Source: a virus (lineage: Duplodnaviria; Caudoviricetes). Taken from it: DNA of 64,000 bases. Below the pieces are notes generated by a model. That model had not been told where the DNA came from, searched no databases, and saw only the letters and a program-made list of their open reading frames with translations. Shown one piece after another: positions 1 to 12,648 of the stretch. The DNA lies in IMG/VR virus record IMGVR_UViG_3300011448_000001, positions 1 through 64,000 of that record. One strand, written 5' to 3'. Numbering within the stretch: position 1 is the first letter of the stretch; each line of letters starts with the position of its first letter. A program made the position numbers and the translations under genes.

Positions 1-676
1 TTTTAGTGTTCCGTGGCCCCCCGTTGTTCTCCCTTCTTTTTTGGGCGGCGCGTTAGATGTGTTTAAGAGACCGAATTAAAAGTTTTTTTTTATCAAAAGG
101 TTAATTAAATTCATTTATAAGATTGTTATTTATATTAGAAATATAAGTCATATCGTCTTTATCGTTATATTTTACAAACATTTGAAGTATTTCATCTTCT
201 CCGTTTGCAATATATAACTTAATCATGTCTTTTGTTTCTTCATTTAATACAACAGAAAACCTTTTAGAAGTTTTTACTTTTTTTGTAGATGTAAATAATT
301 TGTTAACAAGCAAATATTCTTCATTAAAATACTAAATTCTAAAAACATTCCAACGATCAGTTCTATCTTGTAAAATAATTATTCCAAAATCTTTTATAGA
401 ATCAACAGCAAGAATTCTATCATAAATAATTCCATCATCGTTTAAATCATCTTTATGTTGTAAATTAGTTAAATTAATCTACATTCCAGCTCTTATAGGA
501 CAAACTATACCTTCTTTATTGTTAGAATTTGGCTCTTCAAAAATAACAGTATTGTTACTTATTCTAATATTAACTCCAAATAAATACTGATTGTCTTGAA
601 CTTGATCTAAAGACGTATCAGAATTCATTCCTCCGGTAAATGTATTTATTTGTGAATTGTTCTAATTAACGTCCAT
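1..676 (-). CDS. Tail muzzle/stabilization protein, N-terminal part (runs off window start; TAG=Gln)
   Basis: ATG at 676 reads MDVN(TAG)NNSQINTFTGGMNSDTS. NTFxGGMNxD is typical of crAss/P22-gp10-like tail stabilization proteins. In frame with track ORF 101..313. Confidence 0.75.
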
Positions 677-1511
677 AATAATAATCATTATAAATTTGTT
701 CTCGAGAACCAGTATCTTTAAAGAACAAATCATCAGAATTAATATCTGGCATTAATTTATTCCATTCGTTTTTAATACTTCTAAGTTCTCCTTCAGTAGG
801 CATCATTGCTTCAGCATATGCTTGATTTCTGTAAAATGCCCAATTCTGTCTTATATCGTTATATATTCCCGGAGTATATTTTCTATGTCCTCCAAGATTT
901 CCGTTTAAATAAGCAGGAAACTTCATTTTCATTACAACATACCAAAATACAGCTTCTTGATATGAAGCTAAATCTGGTATTAGTGGATATCCTTTTTCAT
1001 CAGTAGCTATGGCGTTATATGATATTTTTATATATCCGGTTGGTCTATCTATTACTAACCATCCAGGTTTTATAAAATAAGTAGGATCTTCATAATCAGA
1101 CAACTTCTATTCTACTTTAATTGGTCCGTTTATACTTATTTTATATTCATCATATATTATTGGTTTATGATAAGATCTAGGTATTATCTATGTTCCTATA
1201 GCACTAACTTTAAAACCAGGATTTTTAAATGTAGAATCTGTAGTTCTTGTTTGTGTCCAAGGCCCCTCTGGATTATTACTATATGCTACTCCGCAAAGAC
1301 TATGCATATCATCTGGAAGAGGAACCTAATTTTCTATTATAGGAATTGATTCGGTTTCTTTATGTATATACTACATAGGCGCACCAATTTTTTCTATAGC
1401 TTCAAATATCCATTCTCGTATATCTGTAATTCTTAATTTAGTTTCTGCTAAGTCTAAATCTGCCATTATTTTTGCTATGACAGATTCACATTTTGTATAT
1501 TTGTAAATCAT
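666..1511 (-). CDS. Tail ring/adaptor protein, 281 aa with TAG read-through
   Basis: ATG 1511 (MIYKYTKCESVIAKIMADLD) joins ORF 666..1103 in frame through 4 TAGs; ends TAA. Position upstream of the muzzle gene matches crAss synteny. Confidence 0.7.
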
Positions 1512-1956
1512 TACAGTCTATATAATCTTTTCTATTAAATATTAGTTGTGCTAGTTTTCTTTTGTTTGTTCTTACTAGCTATAATTGATATTTATATCTC
1601 TAAGGAAATGTCTATGGTATTTTAGACCAGTATAATCTAAATTTATAACCATCAGAATGTTCGTTTAAATGATATATTATTTTATTTTCTATTTTAGATG
1701 TTTTATAATCTTTTGAAAGACTTTTCCACGTATATGTTTTAGGTTTATATTTTACTATACATATAAACCCAAGCCCCAATGGCATTTTAAACGCTCTGGC
1801 GTTGTTTTCTATCTCTTCTAATATAAGTTTATTAAAATAATCTAAAATGCGTTTAAAACGAAAATAAGGTACCTCTACACCAATTTCTTGTGAGAAGTAC
1901 CTATATATATCAAGTATCGTATATGATTTTTTATTTTTCCTTATCTTGTGGTCCAT
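1486..1956 (-). CDS. IHF/HU-like crAss protein, 156 aa with TAG read-through
   Basis: ORF 1612..1956 extends through 3 TAGs to TGA at 1486; basic, with FKMPLGLGFICIVKYK. Confidence 0.55.
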
Positions 1957-2611
1957 GTGGTTTAATGCTAGCTAATGTTGCATTATTACTATCATCACTA
2001 GGCATTTTAACTATAAATGAAAGTTCATTTTTCATAATAAGCTGTCTAATTATAGGCATCATCCATGCTGGTATCTTAACATCATCTTCATCTACTTCTT
2101 CAGAGTCTTCGTTCCAGTTACCAGTAATCCATATATATCTTAATTTGTTACAATCTTCATTACCTTGTATGTATATATATCCATTTTCGTAATACCACGT
2201 AAGTTCAGCAAATGTATATTTTCTAAACCAATGATAATGTCTACGTCCTTTTGCCATTTTCTATAACTAATGACCATCTTGATCACAAACAGAAGCTATA
2301 TTAACATCAGTATTACCAAGAAGCTCTGGTATCTTTTTGTATGTCTTTCTTGTATAAAGATTTGAATCGTCTATTGAAGCAACGTCTTCTAAAATTATAG
2401 GTCCTTTTGTTTCAGAAATAGTATCGTCCCACCACTCTTCATCAGAAGTAGATGACAATTCGTCCTATTTTTCTTTAAGTATCTATGCTTTATATGTCAA
2501 TATCCAAGTAGCTATCTGTCTTCTTGAAAAATCTTCACTTTCACTTATAGCATTGTTGCGTACTAATAATAGTATATCATCAATAGCTGTTCTAAGTGTA
2601 AATAAATCCAT
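1931..2611 (-). CDS. Tail ring protein, 226 aa with TAG read-through
   Basis: ATG 2611 (MDLFTLRTAIDDILLLVRNN) joins ORFs 2267..2458 and 1931..2257 in one frame via TAGs. Confidence 0.65.
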
Positions 2612-2612
2612 A

Positions 2613-3248
2613 TTAATTAATTTCTATTACTCTTACACTATCTGTTTTAATTAAGTCGTTACTGTTTATTAACTTATATTCTGTCTTTCTAATCTTTTTA
2701 AAATCAAGTGTAAGAAGTCTTTTAATAAAACTTTTTTTGTTTTTATATACTTTCTTTGAATATACTATTAAATCCTAATTATTTTTTATATTTAATATAG
2801 TATTCAAAGTATCTTTATGTAGTGTATAATATAATTTAGTATATTTATTATATATTATACTATCCTAATATAAAGTATCTATATATATTTTAATTGGTTC
2901 TTTAGATTTAACGATTAAATTTTGTGTTCCAGTTGCAACCATATCAATTTCTTTAGGTTTAATTTTATTATCTTTAATCGTTTTTGATACTTTTTCTATT
3001 ACCGGATCTATATAATTATTTAAATCTTCCGGTTTTAACTATAAAACACCAAAGGTCTACTAAGGATTAATTAACCCCTAGTAGACCTCTATGTTCTGCT
3101 ATGCTTTATTTAAGCTCTCTGCTAGCTATAAATTCTTTTTATGAGTAATTATACCAAACGTTAATGAAAGTGCCGTCAGAACGCTTAAAAAAGCGAAAAT
3201 TGACGCTTTATAGTTATTCTTTATCTTTGTCAATAGTTTCTTTAGCAT
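2613..3248 (-). CDS. Rz-like (i-spanin) lysis protein, 211 aa, 8 in-frame TAGs (absent from ORF track)
   Basis: ATG 3248 overlaps the holin end. N-terminal TM (ASIFAFLSVLTALSLTFGII) is followed by a coiled-coil-like region. The frame is open to TAA 2613 if TAG=Gln. Third gene of the lysis cassette. Confidence 0.65.
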
Positions 3249-3726
3249 TATCTTCTAATTCTATACCTGTATAGTCTTCTCCCTTTTTCTTTAAGAACTT
3301 ACCTAATGCTCTCCACGGACCATTTGGGTCAAGTGTGTTTAAGTTTTCAAGGATAGACCACAGTTCTGTTAAACCTATAATTGCAGTAATACCACCAGTA
3401 AGTACAAAAACACCTTCTGTACCCAATACGGTATATTCCAATATTCTAGCTAATAAAATAATTACAAATTCGTCAAATATTTTAGCGATTGTTCCGTGCC
3501 AAGTTTTGTCACTGGTTATCTTTTGTTTTTGCTTATGAGCTACTTTTAAACCATATATTAAATCTACTGTAGTTAATGAAAAACAAGCAACAAGTAATCC
3601 AATAATTGGTGATAAATATCCAGCCAACAAAGCACTTAATGAAATACCAATTTTACCTAATATACTGTCTCCAGCAATAGCTTGATACATATGTTCAATA
3701 GATTTTAAGATAGCCATATTATTCAA
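3214..3726 (-). CDS. Holin (Bacteroidota phage holin type)
   Basis: 170 aa, 3-4 hydrophobic segments, charged C-terminus, ELWSILENL motif; lies between the DUF5675 gene and the spanin; no internal TAG. Confidence 0.75.
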   Translation of the reverse strand: MNNMAILKSIEHMYQAIAGDSILGKIGISLSALLAGYLSPIIGLLVACFSLTTVDLIYGLKVAHKQKQKITSDKTWHGTIAKIFDEFVIILLARILEYTVLGTEGVFVLTGGITAIIGLTELWSILENLNTLDPNGPWRALGKFLKKKGEDYTGIELEDNAKETIDKDKE

Positions 3727-4147
3727 TCGTTAAAGTTACCTTTTCTTTATTACATGCGGACTTTACTATAGAATATAATTTATTAGTATATACGCGACTG
3801 TTAGTAACTTTGCCAACTATTGTATTTTTACCACATAAGATACAGCCTAAAGTATCTTGTGCCGTATTTCCTGAATGTATTCTAACACCAGAATACCCAG
3901 GTACATTTAATAAAAGAGGCATAGGTTTTTTAAATTTATTACTATAACTCCATATTATTGTATATGTACCGGTAGGAATAGCTGTTTTACCATATACTTT
4001 GATTTTAGAAATTTCTTTTATAGACATAGAAGAATTTAATCCGCGATCTTTGTCTTCTAAAGTATCACAGAAATATTCTCCATTTACATATAATTTACCT
4101 ATAGTATATGTATCTTTTCTAGCAATACGCTTTAACTTTAATTCCAT
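3719..4147 (-). CDS. DUF5675-family putative cell-wall enzyme (endolysin candidate)
   Basis: MELKLKRIARKDTYTIGKLYVNGEYFCDTLED...TAIPTGTY...RIHSGNTAQDTLGCILCG matches my recollection of DUF5675; no internal TAG. Confidence 0.75.
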   Translation of the reverse strand: MELKLKRIARKDTYTIGKLYVNGEYFCDTLEDKDRGLNSSMSIKEISKIKVYGKTAIPTGTYTIIWSYSNKFKKPMPLLLNVPGYSGVRIHSGNTAQDTLGCILCGKNTIVGKVTNSRVYTNKLYSIVKSACNKEKVTLTIE

Positions 4148-4150
4148 ATC

Positions 4151-5764
4151 TTATTTATTTGTCCAACCAACAGCTTCTTTTAAGTCTGCAGAAACAACTT
4201 CGTCATCTGTACGTTTCATATTTAGTATATATGTATTATCATCATATACAGATTCTTTTACGAACTTATCCCAACCTCCATAAGCTTCAAGTCCTTGACC
4301 ATCAAGTCTAAATGTAACATGAGTATAAAGAGATTTTCCATCTTCTGTTGGTATGTTTGTTTTAATTAATACCTATATTGTACGTTCTTCATTATAAGGA
4401 TTTCTGTTTTTGATAGTATATGATCCAGCGCCGTTACTTGTTATTATAGCAAGCGTAACTCCAAAATCATCTTTAACAGAACCTTCTACCGTTGTTGCAG
4501 ATTTCTTCTAATTATTTTTAATATAAGAAGATATTCTATCACCATTCTACATAATTACTTCTGGAGAAAATGTAGTTGTTTCATCATAAGGAATCACATC
4601 TCCAAGCTAGTATTTACCAGAAGAACATACAGATATTCTATCTGCATAGTTAAATACGGTTACTTCAAAGTCTGTAAAAATATTATTAAAATATTTACTT
4701 GAAGCACGTACAGTAAATGTTTGTTCTCCTGCTTCTATATCGCAACATTTTCCTATATAATTAAGTATTTCTCCTTCTTTGTTTAATAAATCTAATCCTC
4801 CTGTTGGATTAGACCAAACGATATCTTTAAATTTAGAAGAACTTGGTTTAATTTTTGCTGTAAACATTCCAGCGTTTCCTTTTAACACACGATCTATGTT
4901 TGGACCACACGCACATATTCCTTGAATATTGTTTTCATTTGGTGTACCAACAGATATTATAACATCTTTATCTGCTTGACAAGTCGTTTCAACAAGTTCA
5001 AATATATCTGGATAATCTATAGTAACTGTACGTAAATTATCTCTATCAAATCCACCCTCATAAATCTATGCGGTTACTATTAATGTATAATTTCCTATAA
5101 ATCTTTGATCATTTGCAGGAAACAACAACATAAATCTATTATTTTCAGGAGTAGATATTACTTCAGGAGAATATTCTATTGGAGTAATTGGATGTATATT
5201 AAGATCGTGATGTAAAAGGTCATGTCCACACAAATGATGTGTAAAATGATCATTAAACAAGAAAGGAGGCATTATTGGTTCAATCATTCCACAATCATGA
5301 CAGTGATGGTGACATGGTCTACGAACATCAAGAAATCCATGATGGCATACACATGGGTGATAGTGATGGAACGGACTGTGTCCATAACCTCCGCAATGAT
5401 GATTATGACAATCTTTACAACGAGAACACAAAGGCTCAATCTGTCCATATCCTGCATAACAGTGTCTATGCTCATTTATGTATTCCCAACATTCTGGATC
5501 ACGATTATAACATCTTGGTCCACAACTATTTAAAGAGCATGCTGTAGGACGGTGACCTTTCATACAATGATCATTATAGTGATCATGATGACAATGACAA
5601 TTATGACAGTGTTCATCGCACTCTTCTAATTCAAACGCCATTGTTGTATTAATTAAAATACACTTTATATTCTTTATATTTATTGCGTCTGATATATATT
5701 CTTTTGATAAACATACATCAAGCTTAATGTCATTACCAATCCTAATTTTCGGTTTATTATTCAT
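4151..5764 (-). CDS. Virion/tail-associated protein, 537 aa, with His/Cys-rich insert and Ig-like domain
   Basis: ORFs 5066..5764 and 4607..4888 are in one frame, joined by TAG and extended to TAA 4151. FTAKIKPSSSKFKDIVWS resembles a Big_2 Ig domain. Confidence 0.6.
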
Positions 5765-5782
5765 ACTGTTATATATTAAAAT

Positions 5783-5817
5783 AAAAAAGCTGAAGTAGGG
5801 ATATACCCTACCCCAGC
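5783..5817 (-). terminator. Rho-independent terminator after the auxiliary capsid gene
   Basis: Minus strand GCTGGGGTAGGG-TATAT-CCCTACTTCAGC followed by TTTTTT. Confidence 0.8.
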
Positions 5818-5832
5818 TAGTTTTGTTAAAAA

Positions 5833-6843
5833 TTAAAGACCAAGGGCCTTCTTTATCTCTGCATCGATTGCATCGATGTTACCAGCAGGAACATAAATTT
5901 CAACTGCCTGTTTTGTATTCTTAAGCCAATTATCAGCAGTACGATACATATTCTCGAACTCGAGAGTGATAGCATCATAATTAATGTTGATATCTGCTGT
6001 CATAGCAGGCTTAATGATCGGCCAAGTACACTCACCACGATTGAGAATACCCATATAACCAAATGACTGCGATTCACGATCACGAACAAGTTTACCTGTT
6101 GCAGGATACCATTTACCAGGAACCTTAGTAATAGTAACACCATCAAGATAATACTTGTTGTTTGCTGTGAAACCTTCACCTGCAGGATCAGTGTAATACA
6201 TATTTACATTAAAACGTACCTTAGCTGCCCAGCTCAAAGAATCCTGAACATTATCATCATCATAAGGCATACCTGTAATAACAACATCAGTACCATTTTT
6301 AACCTCTGCTATGACACGAGCACGCTTATACTGTGAATTAATTACCCAAGCAATACCTTTTGCAATCTCTTCTGCACCATCACCATGCTGTGTAATATAC
6401 TCGTATGTCTCAGTCCACTTACGATGTTTCGTAGGCAGATCCTTATAAGTAATACGAACAACAACACGCTTGTTACCCATTGCAAGAACAGTAGCTGCAG
6501 GCTCTGCAAGTTCATTCAAACAAATAGTAACCTGATCCTCTGTCTCAGAATCTTCAGTATACTTAGTTACTTCGTAATGCTTCAAAGCATTCTTATTAAT
6601 AACATTTGACCAGCGAATAACAGGAAGATACAAAAGCTACTTGTCCTGTGTACGAAGTGGAGTAGCCTGATCAGTGATAAGACCAATCTTGAATTCACCC
6701 TTCTCTTCATTTACTGTGTCAATAACAAATTTTCCAGCATCTGCTACAGCAAGCTCCTTGGTCTTAGCTGCAACTGCTTCATAGTTTGATTCAACGCCCT
6801 TAACATCGTTGTTAACGAGCACTGTATTTACATATGTAATCAT
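5833..6843 (-). CDS. Probable auxiliary capsid protein, 336 aa (one TAG)
   Basis: ORFs 6637..6843 and 5833..6633 are in frame, separated by a single TAG. Codon usage resembles the highly expressed MCP. Size and position match the crAss001 auxiliary capsid gene (synteny inference). Confidence 0.6.
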
Positions 6844-6898
6844 AATTTTTTAATTTTTAGTACCCTTTAAAAAAATACTAGACCTAACTAGCTGGGTT

Positions 6899-7591
6899 TT
6901 ATTCTTGTGTTAAAACTTCACCAGAAATTGTTTCATATCTCTTATCCGCTTTATTCTCTAAATACATCTACGCGGCAATTTTGATTATTTCTGGTATTAT
7001 TATATCTTCAAATTCATTATATTGTTCATATGGATTATTTAAAGTTATTTTCTTAGGAAGTCTAAGATAACCTATAATGTACGTGTTTATCTTATATTTT
7101 TTATCAGTAAGTAATTCACATCCTGTTTTAGTACGTACACGTAAAGGTCTTGCTTTATGATAATTATAATGAAAATCTGTCAACGCGTTAGTTATACGAT
7201 ACATAAATGTATCAGCAGTACATTCAAACACGTTTGTATCGTATGCATGTCCACCAGATATATCTGTTATATTTACATCTTCGTTTAACGTAAACATAAA
7301 ATCATTAGGATATTCTAATATAATTTTATCATAAGTTGAGTATTCCTAAGGATTTAACTAAGAACAATCATATGTTTTAGTAGATATAAGATGTACTAAA
7401 TCTTTATATCTTTTTTCATTCATTTCATACCCAATACCGTGAGCAAAATCTCTATTATATCGTAGTTTAATAAATTTAATAACGGCTTGATTTAACCAAA
7501 ATAGAGAATCGTTTGTTAACGGTTTATCAACAACATCATCGAGTTTATTTATTTCTAACTCAAACGCTTCAAGAATATCTATATATCTCAT
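6899..7591 (-). CDS. Tail ring protein, 230 aa with TAG read-through
   Basis: ORFs 7358..7591 and 6968..7297 join in frame. FELEINKLDD...FWLNQAV and EIIKIAA(TAG)MYLEN resemble crAss ring proteins. Confidence 0.7.
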
Positions 7592-7594
7592 TTA

Positions 7595-8359
7595 TTATTC
7601 CTCTCTTTCTCTATTATCGTTATTATCGTTTCTATTCATTATATTAGACATTCTGGTATTATCAACACCAGCAAGTCTAAATTTATATTTCGTTATAAAA
7701 TAATCAACTGCTCCCTATAATAAATCATAAAAACATTCATATGGTAATTCACAACTAGAATGTACAGCTCCCGCTGAATTATCTTCATCATTATAATTTA
7801 TAATATTAAAATCATAAGGAACGCGATAATAAGTAAGAATTATACTTTTTAAATTAGTATACTAATCTGTTATTATACCAAGTTGTTTGTCTTTAAAATA
7901 TACACACGGAGTTCTTAATATACCACCTTCGTTACAATAGATTATCATTGGTTGTATATCTGAAGATTTAATTGTTTTATTTCTAGCCTATTTAATTGAC
8001 TATTCTGACTCTTCTCTATATCCTTTTGTTATATTAGATATAGATGCTATATAGCCTATATAATCTTCTGGTAAATCACATATTTTAGAATATGTATAAT
8101 CAGAACCAGGTTTACAAGAAAGCGTTGTTCTAATTATTATAGATTTTAACAAATCTTCTATTGTATTAGAAGGTGTTGTGTTAGACTAAACCTAATCGTT
8201 ATTAATAATTAGCTATCTAACAAATATATTTTGGTATTCACTAAGTATTGAATAAATAGTGTCAGTATTAAGTTTATCAACCACTTTAAAGTTTGGATAC
8301 ATCTATTGAAGACGCCTTTCAAACTCGTTTCCTAGTTTTCTTGTTTGATCTTTTGTCAT
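7595..8359 (-). CDS. Ring-protein-like structural protein, 254 aa (absent from ORF track)
   Basis: ATG 8359 (MTKDQTRKLGNEFERRLQ(TAG)MYPNF) is open to TAA 7595 under code 15; contains LTYYRVP. Confidence 0.6.
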
Positions 8360-9078
8360 GATTCAAGTTTTAATAAATTAGTTTTGGTTGATATTCTAGA
8401 AGATTCTACATTATCTAATACAAAAGTAATAGTTAAATTAATAAGTTCTTCTGCTACAGAATCGCTTAATTCAAATTCTGTATCTTTTGATAATTCACCA
8501 TTAAACAATTCTGGTTTTTTTATATATTTTAAAAATAATCTAAGTCTAGATTCTTTATTTGTTTCGTCGTTTATTTTAAAATCATAATAATCATAAAATA
8601 TGTTTATTTTTTTATCATTTATTGTACAAACAGGATTTTCTATCCATGGCAAATTATGTTTAGTGTAAATAAAATTATTTTCATATTGGTGTTGTATTAA
8701 ATCTACCTCGTAAAAATTATCACTTAATAATTCTCCATGTTGTGTATCAATAATATAATGTTGTAACATAGACGATACATAATATAACATATCATCTGGA
8801 ATATTAAAATCAATTTGATTTAAAGCATAAAACGATACTAAATTTGAATTTAGAGTTGTAATTTTTATTAATGGTTCTAAATCTTCTAATTGTTTTGTGT
8901 CTCCTTCAAAAGGAATTTGTCTTAAATTATTACCTGTAAATTTCTAAGCTATTAATGCTAAATAAGCTTTATTTAAGAAATTACAGACTTCTGTCAAAGT
9001 AAGCGACGGATATGACGAAGTGATCATGTCCTTGTCATACTCGATAAAAAATTTCTTATAAATTTCACTGTGCGTCAT
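8356..9078 (-). CDS. Tail ring protein, 240 aa (one TAG)
   Basis: ATG 9078 (MTHSEIYKKFFIEYDK...FLNKAYLALIA(TAG)KFTGNN) joins ORF 8356..8790; ends TGA. Confidence 0.7.
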
Positions 9079-9093
9079 ACGTCGGATAATTTA

Positions 9094-9846
9094 TTATTTA
9101 TTTTCGATTTGTGTTAAAATAGACAATTTAAGATCTTGATTCTTTTTGTTGTCCATATATGCGATACAATCTTGCAAAGAAGATGCAATAAGTTCTGTTC
9201 CGTAATAATACTGAGATCTATCTCTACGCATAATACCCTTAGACAAAGCCTCTTCAATTAAGAACTGCGTGTCTTTAGATTTATTATTAACCCACAAGTC
9301 CATAAATTTCTGAGCATTTTTATCTACAAAAGTAAATAAAGTAGACTCAATAAGATCATTAGACATCTTATCAGAACTAATACCTGCTAAACGCAGACAT
9401 TTGCGCATCTGTTCAATATTAAGCTTATCAAACTCTTTAAGAGCATCACGACGAAGCTTATTAATCTTGTTGGCTTGTATAGCCTCCTCCTGTTTATTAA
9501 TAAGTAAGTAATCTTTGCTTAAATCCATCTTATCTAAAGATGTTGCTACACGTTTATGACCACTAAGGAATTTGATTATCATTTCCTGTCGTGGATACTG
9601 GTCATCAAACATAACTGTTCTTGAACCAATCTTTACACTAAACGTCTTCCAAAAATCACTACCTTTCGCAAGCGTACCATCTGGATAACCCAGAGCTTTT
9701 TCAAAATATTTTTCATCTTCAGGTGTTAAACCTGTATATATCGACCCAGATCTAGTAAAGTAAGGAGAAATATAATCAAAACAATGCTTATATTTTACTA
9801 AACCAGCCCAGGGATGTGTTTTCTTTATCTTTAATTCAACTACCAT
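9094..9846 (-). CDS. Conserved crAss protein downstream of MCP (250 aa)
   Basis: Complete ORF without TAG; position immediately after MCP matches crAss synteny. Confidence 0.7.
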   Translation of the reverse strand: MVVELKIKKTHPWAGLVKYKHCFDYISPYFTRSGSIYTGLTPEDEKYFEKALGYPDGTLAKGSDFWKTFSVKIGSRTVMFDDQYPRQEMIIKFLSGHKRVATSLDKMDLSKDYLLINKQEEAIQANKINKLRRDALKEFDKLNIEQMRKCLRLAGISSDKMSNDLIESTLFTFVDKNAQKFMDLWVNNKSKDTQFLIEEALSKGIMRRDRSQYYYGTELIASSLQDCIAYMDNKKNQDLKLSILTQIENK

Positions 9847-9927
9847 AATTATTAATTAGTATGTTGTAATGTCGTACACCGGGGATTGCTCCCCGGCTCG
9901 AACATTAATTAATTATTTATTTTTATA

Positions 9928-11448
9928 TTAAGCTGCTACTGACATAAAACCTTCATTACGAATCTCAACGTCTTCAGCATCGCAATACAGGATACCACAA
10001 GACAGTGGATTGCGCAGCATAATACCCTCTTCACCGAGGAAGTGTACCTCATAACCATCACGGCTATTAGAACGCAGAGTGTTAACACTGTTGCCATAAC
10101 CACTTGGAATTACAGAACCACCAGTACACCACTGTACGAACTCACGACCCTTACGACAAACCTTAACAACATTTGCCTGACCATCACGTGTGCCGAGATC
10201 AACGAACAAGAATGTATAAGACATCAGTGGTTTACCTGTCAGTGGGTGAAGTGTACGGAACATCTCCATATTATCAAATAGAGCACAATGTTTAAGAGTA
10301 AGTTCAATACCGTTTGTCATCTTATAAGTAGTAAACTGACCACCGAGAGTCAAGTTCTGACCACTACCAGTTACAAATACAGTATCGATCAGCTGATAAC
10401 CAGCTACCTTATCCTTCAGAATACGATCGAACTCACGCATACCCATCTCACCAGTAAGAGCCATAAACTTACGCTCCTATGTACCAAGCATATTATAGCA
10501 CAGATCAAACAGATAATCCTCGAGTAACTCTGCTGTCAAAGTAGTATAGTAACGTACGTTAGATGGGCTAATCTGCTCAAACAGACCTGCAGAAATAGGC
10601 ACAGGACGTCCATTTGTACCCTTCAAGTTATATGTACCGTCAGAAGCACGATTAGACTTAGAGAACAGCAAGAACTTCTCCTCACGACGCTTCCACTCGC
10701 GGAGAGCAAGCCAATACTGATAATCAGACCACAGATAAGAAGTCTTACCTGTCTCAGGATCTTTCAATGCGATAGCAAGAACTGTTGAATAAGCATCACC
10801 AGTAATATCATAAGTCAGACGAAGAGTTGTAAGATTATTACGCATCTTAAATGGTGTCTGATAATTAATGATATCTGCCTCATCACTATACTCCTCGTAA
10901 GCAGAACCAATACGACTAACCTGACGACCGGGAGTCAAGAACTTAGCAGGAATATAAGAACCTGCAAAACCATCAGCTACATAGCACTCATATACCCATG
11001 TAGTACCATCCTGATAAGGATGACCTGAAATACGTACCTGGTAGTTTACATCATCAAATGAAAGTACAGCACCAGGACCAAACCAACGCTCCTCAACACC
11101 GAGATAAATTGGCTGATTATTAAGACCTGGATAAATATCCTCTTCACCAGTTGCGATAGTAGTATTACCTACCTTAGCATAGCGAATATTAACTGCGTGG
11201 TCAGAATCAATCATTACAGACCACTCATACTCACGGTTCTCGATTACCATTGTTTTACCGAGACCACCTGTGATCAAATCAATGGCAGTAGAAACGCCAT
11301 CGTCTTTTGTACCAAAAATAAGTGAAAGCAAGCCACTCATCTCGTGTGGACGAGTCAGCAATGCATTAGAAATCATGTTTTCATCAACTAAATCGCTGAA
11401 ACGACGTCCACGATAAAGCTGAAGATTGTTTAAAAGTGTATTATTCAT
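9928..11448 (-). CDS. Major capsid protein, 506 aa (single TAG at 10477-10479)
   Basis: ORFs 10477..11448 and 9928..10464 are in frame: ...YNMLGT(TAG)ERKFMALTGEMGMREFDR... The combined length and motifs fit a crAss MCP. Confidence 0.92.
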
Positions 11449-11472
11449 AAATTGTTTTAGTTAATTTTTACA

Positions 11473-12648
11473 TTAGCCAAAGAATCTTGACGCAACATCT
11501 AAGGCTGAACGTTTATTATCATCTATTCCTTGAGACGAACGATTTTTTGTAGAGTGTCTCAATACATTTCGCAATTTTGTTGCTGCATCTGTACGACCTT
11601 TATCTTTAGCCCCATTAATAAGAGCATCGCCTTTCATTGTAAAATAAGCTGATTCAACAAGATTATTTATAAGGTTTGAATTAAAGTCTTTCTAATACTG
11701 TGTCATACCATTCTCATCTACTCTTGTAATATAATCGTAAAGTTTTCTACGATCTTCTTTAGGTATATTAATACCACGTATACTAGAAAGATTAGATACT
11801 GTTGTATTAAGATCTGTTACAAACTTTTTAGTCTGTTCCTATTGCTGTTCAAACAGTCTACGCTGTTCCTCTTCCTGTTGTTGAAGCTGTTCAGAATGTA
11901 TTTGTTTCATTCTTTCTACTGCATCGTTAGCCTCATCTTCAAGCATATCAGCATCTTCGTATCTTTCAATCTTAGACGAAATCTGTTCATCTGTATAACC
12001 TTGATATTTAAGATATTCGCGTACTATTGTTTTTTGATTTGTTTCGTCTTCCATATTAATGGAATCGTATTGAATTTCCTACGACATTCCATTATAAAAA
12101 TCGTCGAAAGATCCACCGTTCTTTACATATTCATCAAGTTTCTGAATACGTTCATCAGCATAATGAGGTACTGAATTTTCTTTTACTACATTAGTCATAT
12201 AGTCTATAATACCCTGTACTGTAGTAGGTCTTTCTTCATCGTCTACTTGCCAATTAAGTGCTTCTGCAAATGCGTCAAAGAATGCTCCAACTTGCTCCTG
12301 CTCTTCAGGAGTAGTATCAACGTCGTCTATATTATCTGTATTGTTGTTTATGTCGTCGTCATTCTAATTGTCAGAATCACCATCCAAATTGTCAGATGAA
12401 ACATTATCTATATTATTTAGAACATCTTCAGGTATTTCAGAATCATCATCGTGAGGATCCTTTTTACCTTTTGTATCCACAGCATTATCTGCTGGATCAC
12501 TTATATTAGTTACATCATCAATATTTGTACCCATCGTAATGTCATCAACATTAGTATACGATGAATTTGGATCTTGTGGGTCATTACCAGTAATACCGGT
12601 AGAAGCAAGAGCATCAAATATTGATGGATTATTCTTTTTTCTTCCCAT
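11473..12648 (-). CDS. Acidic scaffold-like protein upstream of MCP, 391 aa
   Basis: ORFs 12364..12648 and 11839..12054 share one frame, open to TAA 11473 with TAG=Gln; very acidic. Confidence 0.7.

Noticed and set aside
9879-9896. Hairpin CCGGGGA-GCAA-TCCCCGG after MCP as a terminator
   Set aside because: No U-tract on the coding strand; more likely an ordinary mRNA-stabilising stem.
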